Assembly (NCBI GenBank): GCA_012295275.1
Contig: CM022679.1
Span: forward strand, 29,760,001-29,824,000
Length of the DNA: 64,000 bases
DNA from: Chrysomallon squamiferum
Lineage: Eukaryota > Animalia > Mollusca
Direction of reading: 5' to 3'
Under the pieces are notes generated by a model, which was given only the letters and a program-made list of their open reading frames with translations, was not told the DNA's origin and made no database searches. The position numbers were made by a program, and so were the translations under genes. Positions 40,561 through 54,141 of the stretch are shown here, piece by piece (the first letter of the stretch is position 1; every line of letters starts with the position of its first letter).

Positions 40561-40572
40561 TTTTTTATATAC
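40561..40572 (-). promoter_or_regulatory. TATA box of six-Cys copy A
   Basis: Minus strand gTATATAAAAAA about 50 nt upstream of the ATG at 40510. Confidence 0.5.
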
Positions 40573-41262
40573 AAATCTGATCGTCAAGGGACAAACTAAA
40601 GGGTAGAGCTAGTTGCTAAGGTAAACACATGTTCTTTTTTAGCTCTCTCTCTCTTTTTTTTATTTTTTATTTTTTTTTTAGCGTAAGTAAACCTTGGTAA
40701 ACTTAAGTACAGACATTACTCGTAACTTTAGTGTTGACTTTGCGTGACAAGAACCGTCATTTTGTAACGCTCGATTTAAACAGTTAAATAAAGAAACAAA
40801 TCCTTGACTACGAAATGTTTTTAATCAGGGTCAGATTTATTAGTGGCGGGAGCTGCAGCTAACGAAAGTTACACAGATCAAAAGTGGAGGCATCGAAATC
40901 GCATCCCCTGTTTTTTCGTTTTCCTATATTTGCGTATGTGTGAATGTATATGTATATGCTGAATGCATATATGTGACTGCGTGTGTGTATCAGTGTTAGA
41001 TATGTTTTGTCTGCCTATGCTTGTATTTGACAACATGCACAGATAAACCGACTGACAGACAGAAAGTGTAGCTAAACACATAAGTAAGTATAAATAAAGA
41101 CGTGTGAATGATTTATCAGTTTTATTGTATTTAACATCACAGTTAGCTACAAATCATCTCTCGTGATTATCTCCTGTTCAGTTTCATTTACCTAGAAAAT
41201 CGTTTATCATCACTTTGTGTTAAATAACTAATTTTCTAAAAAATGTCATTATTTTATCTCGT

Positions 41263-41318
41263 TTAGAAGTAACAAGTATATTTCTTCAGAAAAAAAGTCT
41301 CTCTGATCGTGTTTAAAT
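41263..41318 (-). pseudogene. Orphan, diverged terminal exon of a lost six-Cys family member
   Basis: tttatttttcag acceptor then ATTTAAACACGATCAGAGAGAC...CTGAAGAAATATACTTGTTACTTCTAAACGA, similar to exon 4 of copies A, B and D; no exons 1-3 of its own. Confidence 0.55.
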
Positions 41319-41466
41319 CTGAAAAATAAAAAATAACAAATAAAGAGGATAGCGAGGAAAAAAGGGGAGAGACTGAAATATACAATTAGAAAATTTATCT
41401 CTAAATTCTTTTGTCTTTATATTATCTTTGATTATGTTTCAATATATAATGATAATGATAATAATA

Positions 41467-41509
<43 letters not shown>

Positions 41510-41523
41510 TGATGATGACGATG

Positions 41524-41562
<39 letters not shown>

Positions 41563-42166
41563 GTCAAAACAACAACAATAGCAACAACAATTCAGTCTCC
41601 TTCTGGAAGGTTTGTATGCAGCTTCGATTCCGCCACTATTAATGTAAATGTCTACCAGTCCATTTCTGACTGGCGTTCGTTATGTGTCGACGAGATCCGT
41701 ATTATTCCATATATAATATGGTGTGTGTTTGTATGTGTGTGTAGACGGGAAATCTATATACATGTTTTTCTTTTCTTTTTTCTCTTATTTTTCTTATACA
41801 ACGAACTGATGCTATAATTCTTGTGTTTTTGAAGATTCTTACCAGAGACCAGCTAAGTTATTTCCCAATCCAACCTGTCAAGATCCACCGATACGTTATT
41901 AAAACTTTCGTTTGTACCGTTCTAAATAATTTAATATTTGTATTTCCATGACACAAAGAAGACCAACCTCGGTGTCACCATGGCAAAGCATTAGCCTTAG
42001 TGCATGTTGTACCGGGTTTTCTTTTCGATATTGGCATCTTTAAAGTATTATAACATTAATATTCATCGAAAAAAGAGAGAAAAGAGATAAGGCCAGATGG
42101 ATCCATAGATATATAGATAGAGATACAGACAGACAGAGAGGAAAAACGGAAGAAAGTGAAAGAAAC

Positions 42167-42272
<106 letters not shown>

Positions 42273-42820
42273 AAGTAGCAACAAATAATTTTGTGTTTCC
42301 ACGTGCTTTTATTGAAACTTAATCTAGCTTTAAAAATAAATAACTTAGTAACAAATTTTGCATTTTTATTAATGAAACATAAAAAGGACATTTTATACGA
42401 TTCTTGCTATAAATATCTAGAGTCACAAGACATAACTTTAATCATCATATTTTCACGTTTTTGAAAACATATAACATTTCTTTCCTTTTGTGTTTTCTAT
42501 TTTCAGTGTTAATACAATTACTTGGTTCTCGTAATACATACATGTAACCCCATTGATCAAGTCATGCTCTGTTTGAACGTACGTTTCAAATACCTTGGAC
42601 ATTCGCCATGACTTATACTCAGAGCTATCTGCACCGACCCACCTACATAAACACACGCCCAGTCATACATACACGCAAACACGCACACACAAACATACAC
42701 ACTGAAAGAGAGAAGCGGAGAGGAAGAGAGGGAGAGAAACGAGAGCGGGACAGAAAAAAGAGAGAAAGATAGATAAATAGAAAGATAGACAGACAGTAGT
42801 AAAGAAAATGAAATGGAATC

Positions 42821-42914
<94 letters not shown>

Positions 42915-43281
42915 AAGTAGCAAAACATTTACTGGAAATAGTTTTTCGTTTCCATGTAGTTTTAATGAAACATAATGCAGCTTTAAAAAAAAAAAAAAAA
43001 AATAAGTAAACCAGTAATTAACATTTTTTTGTTACTTTTTTTTAAACTTTCTTATTAATAAAATATAAAAAAGAGTATTTACATAATTCTTGCTACAAAT
43101 ATCTAGCTCACACGAAACATGAATTTAATTATCATATATCCTGATAAATGAAGGAATATTATCATCAATTAGCAAAACGGTGTCTTTTTACTTTTCGATA
43201 ATCCTAACAAAAACGTTCATATTTTACATCGTTTAGAAGTATCCAATATATTTCTTCAGGAAACGAATCATTGATCGTGTA

Positions 43282-45109
<1,828 letters not shown>

Positions 45110-45597
45110 GTTAGCAGCTAAGTGATCACTAACATACAAAAATGGACCCAGTCAGTCAGTCAGTGCAAATCAAAGCGCGTTGTTGCGAAACTCCGTGACA
45201 AAGCCATTGCGTGTAAAAATGCGCCGGATTCTCAAAGTTTTCAGATTAAAATCTGATTGCTAAAGGACGAACAAAAGACTAGATCGAGTTGGTCTCTCTC
45301 AGTGTTTTCTTCTTTTCTTGCAACATAAAGAAACCTTAGCAAAAATATTTTCTTAACGCTGTATTTAAAGATCAAAATAAAGTTATAATTCCTTGCTTAC
45401 GAAATGTCTTTAATCAGAGTCTGATTTAGTAGTTAGATTTATTGGCGGGATCTGATCCTAAAGAAGGTTATATGCATATACGTGTGAATGTATGTATGTA
45501 TACATGTGTCTAATTGAACATGTGCCAGTAACATTTAATGCATCTAAAATCTTTAACTGTTTAATCTCCCCTCCGTGCAGATTCTTATTTTATCTAA

Positions 45598-45970
45598 TAT
45601 ACACACATATACACACAGATACAAACAAATACACACATACACATACACACACACACACATACATACATACATACATAGATACACACACACACATACATAC
45701 ATACATACATACATAGATACACACATACATACATGCATACATACATACATATACACACAGATACAAACAAATACACACATATACACACAGATACACACAT
45801 ATACACACATATACACACAGATACACACATACATATACACACACACATACATACATACATACATAGATACACACATACATACATACATACATACATAGAT
45901 ACACACATACATACATACATACATACATACATACACACATACATACATACATGCATTTATACATACATAG
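45598..45970. repeat. Compound (TACA)n/(CA)n microsatellite
   Basis: Seen directly; explains the spurious VCMY/HTYI ORFs. A degenerate analogue lies at 12765-13400. Confidence 0.9.
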
Positions 45971-46629
45971 TAGAAACAACTAGAAAGAAAAATAAATGAG
46001 TAATTTTACTTTTTCTGAAACTGCAAGTAATTGCTTGAATTATAATAGCACTTATTCTGTTTAATGTAATTTTAGTAAAATAGAACTGAACATATGTGGC
46101 GATGTATATTACTACATCTCCAAGCCTAGTATGAGCTCGCTATATTGTATGTTTAAATTACACTTTGCAGAACAAATAATTACTTTGAAGATAAATAAGA
46201 TTATTGGATATGATTTAAGAAAATCGAGTAAATATTTACAATTAAAACAATTTACATCCAAGAAGCTACTAGGAAAAAGTTACCCAACTTTCACTACTTA
46301 ACCAATAATAGGTTTTTTCTCTCTTTCCTTGTAAAAAGTGTATGAAATAACAATATGGTGGCTACATATATTTGATCTATTGCCACACAAGAGATTTTCT
46401 CAAAACTTATCTTCAGTTTAGGAACCTTTAAAAAGCATTAAATATATTAAAGTAACCATTTTAAGTTTTAAAGCTATGAAAGGTTTATATGCGTCCAGTG
46501 AAACTTTCAGATTATAAAGTTAGTAAAAGTATAAAAACTAATTTGTAAATTGCAAAAGCTATCAGAGATGAAAGCAGTCAGGGTAAGTTGATGATGAATA
46601 ATAAAGAAAGATTCATGAAACTGACCAAA

Positions 46630-46838
46630 TCAGTTTTCCACATTTTCGTAGGGTTGCAGTGTAGCATATGGTCTTTCTCTTCGTTCCTGGAGGCTGTCAT
46701 AAGAATGATCTGGCTCTGTAAGTGTGTCTGACTCAGGCTGAACACTCTGCCTGGATTCCTGATCACTGTTATTCAGGTTAGTTTCATTTGCAACTTCATA
46801 AAAATCCAAGTAATCATATGCTGCCTCATTATGAGTTC
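46630..46838 (-). CDS. Terminal cytoplasmic exon with ITAM and other tyrosine motifs
   Basis: ccatttgatacag acceptor, phase 1; GTHNEAAYDYLDFYEV...EPDHSYDSLQERRERPYATLQPYENVEN*; DxxYxxL-x7-YxxL. Confidence 0.72.
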
Positions 46839-47935
46839 CTGTATCAAATGGTAAAATACTCTGATTAGTCATAATATTAAAATCAAAGAAATATAAAACT
46901 TTTGTGTCAGTATCTAAATTAGTGTATGTTAACACACTGTCACTACAGATTTGGTACATAGTCACTGCATGCATAGTGAAATTATAACAAATAAGTCATA
47001 AATAATTATTAAGGTAGATTTTGAAATTACATTTTGGGGATCAAATAATTAGTTATGCTTTCAAAATAATTAACTGTTACCTAAAGTAATACAGACTTAC
47101 AACACAAACAAAATTTTATTATTCATAGAATGAGTGGCATTAATGACTTTAAGTTATCATTAATAATAGCTAATTAAAAAAAGAAGAAGAAGAAGAAAGA
47201 AACAACAGAGACACAAAATCTCAGAAATGAATAAATCTATGCCACAATATATAACTTACACACTGACACAAATATATATATCATAAAAACACAGTACATT
47301 TATTATTACACAGACACTAATATACATATCATTATACAGACACAAATGTACTAAGTACACAAACGCAGATATAACATTTTTATATAGAGAGAAATATACT
47401 TACTTATATGCAGAGTTATACATATTATTAAACACACACAAATATAGATATCATTACAGACACAAGTATACATATTTACACAAAGACACAAATATAAATG
47501 TTTTTTTAAGTGCAGAAAACCCCAAACCAGCATAAAATAGAATAGCGAGCTAAAAGATTTGAAGGTAACTTTATATGTTGAATCACCACCATTGTACTGA
47601 TTCCTGGAAGGAGAACTAAGCTGACAGTTCAGTTTATACAAAATAGTATGTTACCATAGAACTGTTCATATTTACTATCATTGTCAATTTAATTTTACAA
47701 GCTTCTGAATTTTAGTTATATTTTACCCCTGCTTTATCCTGTCACCTGGCCTGTAGTATATCTCACTCAGCAGATCATTTCCCTGAACTTGTACAGGACA
47801 TAACTTTACTTTCCTACAGCTTTTGTATCGATAATTGTTAACACTCTATTTCCTTTTAAAACACAGATTAATAAAGTAAAAAATATAAAGATCTAAAACA
47901 GTTTAGACTGCGAATTAACTGAGCAATTATCTTAC

Positions 47936-48070
47936 CTATTTTAGAAATTAAACAACCTTGCCTTCGTAACAGTAAAATGATGACTATAAATACGAAAGAT
48001 ATAACAACGATCCCAGACACACTCCCAATAATAATATAAATTTGTTCTGGCAGTGCATCTGATTTAATAT
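47936..48070 (-). CDS. Transmembrane exon of the putative receptor
   Basis: ttttattttcag acceptor, G|gtaag donor, phase 1-1; DIKSDALPEQ IYIIIGSVSGIVVISFVFIVIILLL RRQGCLISKI (hydrophobic helix plus basic stop-transfer). Confidence 0.75.
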
Positions 48071-48967
48071 CTGAAAATAAAATAATAATAAATAACACAA
48101 CTGAAAAACAAAAAACATGTATTATTAAAAACACTTTTTTTAATATTATTGTTTACAAAAGTAGAATATTAGTTACACTCACATTTCTCAAGATAAATAC
48201 CTTTCCTCAGTGACCGTAACAAATTCCAAACTGAATGGTACTCTCAAATGGCCTAAAACATTTTGTAATTGTACTTGCAGGTTGTTCCTTTATTAATACT
48301 ACTGACCAGTCTTTGCTAATGATAAAGTTTACATTAGATTTGTTAAGTATGAAATTGTATTTTTCATTTAATAGAACATAACTTTTTCTTTCAAATGCAA
48401 AAAACAACACAATGCTTGCATATTTTGTAAATTGTGGTTTCATCAAAAGTTGATATCAAAAAACAAATAAAAACTGTATTAACACCATTCAGTCACAATA
48501 TTAATCCCACAATGAAAATAAATTTGATAGATTAGTCTGATTTGTTACTTTGGTATAAAAGTGATATAGTTTTTCACATGTTTATATTTATCAATTTTTT
48601 CAGTGATTCAGTATTTCTTCTAACCAGAACTGGTAAAATGTTAAATAATCATATATATTAATACCCAGAAACATAATCGGAAATTTTTTGAAAACCTCTT
48701 CTTCTTTTCCTGGTGGACAGGTCACTGAAATATTAATCTGGCATTAACTGTCTGATAGACATTAATGCTAACACTGCAGAACAAAATGAATTCCCTATTC
48801 CTTATTGTTAAATTATTTGTTTTATTTTTATGATTATTACTATTAGAAAGAACACTGAATTAATGCAATTATTTATATACTTCAAGAAACCATAAGTATA
48901 AGAAGTTCCCAAAAAGAAAAAGAAAAAAGAAATGTGACAAAAGTATATGGACAGAAAAATAAATAAA

Positions 48968-49055
48968 TGATAAGGCTTTGGTTGATACTGACCACGTGGA
49001 CAAATGTCACAACCACTGTCATCAGACTTGATCTTAGAACCAGCAATGCAGTTTC
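48968..49055 (-). pseudogene. Truncated ephrin-receptor-like (GCC2/GCC3-type) Cys-rich repeat exon
   Basis: cttctgttgcag acceptor, phase 1; GNCIAGSKIKSDDSGCDICPRGQYQPKPY fits C..CP.G.YQ, then runs into T-rich intron-like DNA with no donor. A second remnant (ttcag|TG ACC TGT CCA CCA GGA) lies at about 48724. Confidence 0.6.
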
Positions 49056-49459
49056 CTGCAACAGAAGTACTCAAGTGATGAAGTAATTCATAATTAACTG
49101 GTTTAGACAACAATCATTTAATGTCTGACTAATGTAACACAAGTATTTATTTTGTGATCACAATAAAGCTAATTTAAATTATTTATTAATTATTTGCTAG
49201 TCATGGTAAATGCTGTATTAATATTGAAAGATTTTTAAATGAACATTGGTGAATATTTGTAATTTAATGGACAATGATTAATAATAATATCAGTAGCCTT
49301 ATTTTACTGATGTAGTAATATATGATCGTTATAGATAAATAATGTTAGCAGGTAAACTGCTGAAATCCAGGAATGAGAATTAATTTAATGTTAATCAAGG
49401 AAAAGAAGAAGACGAAGAAGAATAAGAACAACAGCAGCAACAACAAAATTAATAATAAT

Positions 49460-49492
<33 letters not shown>

Positions 49493-49833
49493 AATAATAA
49501 TAATAAGAAGAAGAAGACGACGACGAAAACGTGGATTATCATATCAACATCAACAACAACAGCAAGTGAGAAAAGGTTGTCATTTTCCAATAATTGTATT
49601 AGGTTTGCAAAACCGTGATTCGTAAATTGGCGAACAATAATTTGTGATATACTGTGTTCAGACAATATTTATTATCTTTTACTTAGACAAATACAAAACT
49701 GTAAAGAGCAAAAAGTCTGAACTGTAATATTCAACAACCACAAAACACACACACACAGACACAGACACACGGACACAGCAACAAAACAATCTATGTTTAT
49801 AGTACGTTTTCAAGATGTATAAATAATTATTAC

Positions 49834-52597
49834 CACAAACAGCGGAAACATCTTTCTTAATAGCGGTGAAAGCGGCGTTTCCATAGCAACCAGAGCTGTC
49901 ACGACAGTCAGCATATTCTCGAAATACCCTAGGATTAAAATATATTTTATATATATATATCATAAAAATACAACAGTATTATCTTGAGTTTTAATAAATA
50001 AATAATAGAGTTTTAAATTTTCGTTTTAAAAATGGCCTCCACTCACTGACGCAGTTTGTTGAGATCCCCGCCTGCAGCAAAAACATCATATGCATGTTTC
50101 AATGAACATTTTTGAAGTTCTGTTGTGTCACACTGATCAGCCACCATAACAGCGACACCTAGTGAGAGAAAAACATGTTTCTTTTAGTAAATTCTGTAAT
50201 CTCGTCTGTTATGTTTTACAAACACCATTTCTCATATTCTCTCTTTCTTTCTTTCTTTACCTTTCTCTCTGTCTCTTTTCTGTCGTTTTCTCATTCATTC
50301 TGTCTATCAGTATATCTATATCTGCCTCTCTGAATCTACTTCTGAATATCTATTAATCAATATAAAGAGCAAAAAGTCTAAACTGTTACATGAAAATGTA
50401 ATATTCAACAATCACAAAACACACAGACACAGCAACATCACTATGTTTGTAGTACGTTTTCAAGATGTATAAATAATTATTACCACAAAGAGCGGACATT
50501 TGATTCTTAGCAGCGGTGAAAGCGTCGGTTCCAGAACAACCAGCGTGGTCAAGACAGTCAATGTATGCTCTGTGTACCCTAGGATTAAATATATATAAAT
50601 ATTATAACATTTCAGTTCAGATGTTTTATAAAATAAAAAATATAACTGTTGGTTATTAGAATACAATTATCTTGAGTTTTAATAAATAAATAATTAAGTT
50701 TTAAATTTTCGTTTTAAAAATGGTCTCCACTCACTGACACTGTTTGCTGACATCCTTGCCTGCAGCAGAAGCATCATTTGTATGTTTCTGTGAACATGTT
50801 TCAGCCTCTGTTGAGTTACACTGACCACTCTCCATAAGAGACAAACCTGGTGAGAAAAAGAAAAACTTGTTTCTATTAGTAAATTCTGTAATCTCGTCTG
50901 TTATGTTTTACAAACACCATTTCTCATATTGTCGCATTCTTTCTTTCTTTATCTTTCTCTCTGTCACTTTTCTGTCGTTTTTTCATTCATTCTGTCTATC
51001 AGTATATCTATATCTGTCTCTCTGAATCTACTTCTGAATATCTATTAATCAATATAAAGAGCAAAAAGTCTAAACTGTTACATGAAAATGTAATATTCAA
51101 CAACCACAAAACACACAGACACAGACACAGTCTATGTTTGTAGGACGTTTTCAAGATGTATAGATAATTATTACCACAAACAGCGGAAACATCTTTCTTA
51201 ACAGCGGCGAAAGTGGCGATTCCAGAACAACCAGCTCTGTCAATACAGTCAACATATGCTGTAGATACCCTAGGATTAAATATATATACATATATATGAG
51301 TTTAATAAATAAATAATAAAGTTTTAAATTTTCGTTTTAAAAATGGCGTCCACTCACTGACACACTTTGGTGAGATTCTCGCCTACAGCAGGAAGATCAA
51401 CTTCCAGAGTCGATGCACATTTTGAAACTTCTGTTGTGTTACACTGATCAGTCCCCTCAGCAGCGACACCTAGTGAGAGAAAAACATGTTTCTTTTAGTA
51501 AATTCTGTAACCTCGCTTGCTAATGTTTTACAAACACCATGTCTCATATTGTCGCATTCTTTCTTTCTTTATCTTTCTCTCTGTCTCTTTTCTGTCTTTT
51601 TCTCAGTCATTCTGTCTATCAGTATATCTATATCTGTCTCTCTGAATCTACTTCTGAATATCTATTAATCAATATAAAGAGCAAAAAGTCTAAACTGTTA
51701 CATGAAAATGTAATATTCAACAACCACAAAACACAGACACAGACACAGTCTATGTTTGTAGTACGTTGTAAACACACAGACACACACACACAACAACACA
51801 CTATGTTTGTAGTACGTTTTCAAGATGTATAGATAATTATTACCACAACCATCGGAGACATCTTTCTTAAAAGCGGTGAAAGCGTCGTTTCCAGAACAAC
51901 CAGCGCTGTCAATACAGTCAACATATGCTCTGTATACCCTACGATTAAATAAATATATATATATATACATATATACATATATAAGAATACAACAGTGTTA
52001 TCTTGAGTTTTAATAAATAAGTAATAAAGTTTTAAATTTTCGTTTTAAAAATGGCGTCCACTCACTGACACAGTTTGTTGAGATCCTCGCCTGCAGCAGA
52101 AATACCATTTTTATATTTCGATGAACATTTTCCAACTTCTGATGCACCACACTGATCACCCACCACAACAGCGACACCTAGTGAGAGAAAAACATGTTTC
52201 TTTTAGTAAATTCTGTAACCTCGCTTGTTAACGTTTTCAAATAACCATTTCTCATATCTGGCTTTCTTCCTTCCTTTCTTTATGTTTGTCTCTGTCTCTT
52301 TTCTGTCTTTTTCTCTTTCATGTTGTCCATCAGTAGATTTATTTATGTCTCTCCTAATTCACTTCTCTATGTATGCTAACCAATGTATTCATTTTTCATT
52401 AAGTTTAGACATTTGTCAATGTCTGTTGTGCCATACTGACCACTCACCATAACAGCGACACCTAGTGAGAGAAAAAACATATTTGATATCTTTGTCTGTC
52501 TGACTGTCTATCTCTATTGATCTATCGATTTATATCTACAAACTTTTCTCTCATCCGTGTTCTCTCTCTTTTCCTACGTAATTTGTCTGATTTACTC

Positions 52598-52673
<76 letters not shown>

Positions 52674-52750
52674 AAATCAACATAAACACAATAAATTAAT
52701 CTGTTACACTTACCAAATAAAAGGACTAATATTAACATTACAGTCTTCAT
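49834..52750 (-). CDS. Six-cysteine family member C: signal exon plus four tandem two-exon domain cassettes; probable ectodomain of the TM/ITAM receptor
   Basis: Exon 52750-52714 (MKTVMLILVLLF); cassettes 52177-52066+51938-51844, 51469-51358+51269-51175, 50846-50735+50578-50484, 50158-50047+49928-49834. All open, GT-AG, 112+95 nt, phases 1-2-1. No family-type terminal exon follows. Confidence 0.78.
52395..52461 (-). pseudogene. Truncated fifth cassette exon (pseudo-exon) in intron 1 of member C
   Basis: cactag acceptor then GVAVMVSGQYGTTDIDKCL (Cys1 to Tyr), breaking into intron-1-type sequence and a TAG. Confidence 0.65.
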
Positions 52751-53974
52751 GTTAGCAGATAAGTGGTCACTAACACCAAAAAATGGACCCAGTCAGTCAG
52801 TCAGAAACAAATTAATGTGAAAATCAAAGCGCGTTGTTGCGAAACTCCGTGACAAAGTCATTGCGTGTCTGTCTTTGTAAAAATCGCATACAAACGAGCC
52901 GGATTTTTGGATTAAAAAGGACGAACAAAAGGTTAGATCGAGTTGGTCTCTCTTAGTCTTTTTTTTTTCTTGTAACATAAAGAAACCTCTGTAAAAATAT
53001 TTTCTTAACGCTCTATTTGAAGATCAAAATAAAGCTATAATTCCTTGCTTACGAAATGTCTTTAATTAGAGTCACATTTAGTAGTTAGATTTATTGTCTA
53101 ATTAAACATGTGCCAGTAACATTTAATATATCTAAAATCTTTAACTTTTTAATCTCCCCTCCGTGCAGATTCTTATTTTATCTTGGTACCCCATCTGACC
53201 TTACTCGTTTTATTAATCAAAGGTATTTAGATATTATGTTTTATCGACTATATAATTTATTATTATCAAGTCTCCTTTATAATCATTATTAAATAATTAA
53301 CTTGTACCTTAACTTGTCAGTTTATCTTTATATTCCTTGTTAGGTGGCCATTAAGGCGCATTTTTACGGTCGGCTGAGTCTTAATAAAACATCCAAGATA
53401 TTTTATGGCGTTGGCCCCGAAACAGTATGCATGTATCTATGGATATTTATGTGCATACATGTATGGGTATGTGTGTGTGTGTGTGTGTACGTGTGTGTGT
53501 GTGTGTTTTCTGTCTGTAGTTGTATTTAACTAGACACTCAGATAAACAGTCTGACAGATAGACGATGTATCTAAACACATAATTAAGTATAATTAAAGAC
53601 GTGTGAATGATTTATCAGTTTTATTATATTTAACATCCCAGTGATTATCTCCTGTTCATTTACACACACAATCGTTTATCATCACTTTGTGTTAAATAAC
53701 TAATTTTATAAAAAGAACGCTGTGTTTATAAATATCACAGTAACAGGATTTAAACAAGAACGATCTTACAGGTCAGTGTTCCACGTAGCCTGAGTATTTT
53801 CTTTGGGTGAAACAGTTCTAACGGGATTTTGTTTATATATCGCTTGTTCTTTGTGTGATGTACTCGGGCTATGTTCCGCATCGCAGACAAGGTTTTAGTT
53901 TAAGAATTACACAGTATGTTCAGATTTTGTCGTTTGTAGAGGAATCTCTGAACCATTTTTCACTTCACTTGTTA

Positions 53975-54011
<37 letters not shown>

Positions 54012-54141
54012 GTAAGATAATGTCCCATATTTACATTATCAGCCATAGACAGATGTTACAGCTCAGGTAGAAATAACATTCTATGAAACAACAGACTTCT
54101 ACAGTTCTTTCTAAATCCGGCTTCGCAGAACTTCTTAAGAT

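Noticed and set aside
47727-47852. Possible extra cytoplasmic exon between the TM and ITAM exons
   Set aside because: Both candidate acceptors hit TAA early in the required phase; not called, though a degraded exon cannot be excluded.
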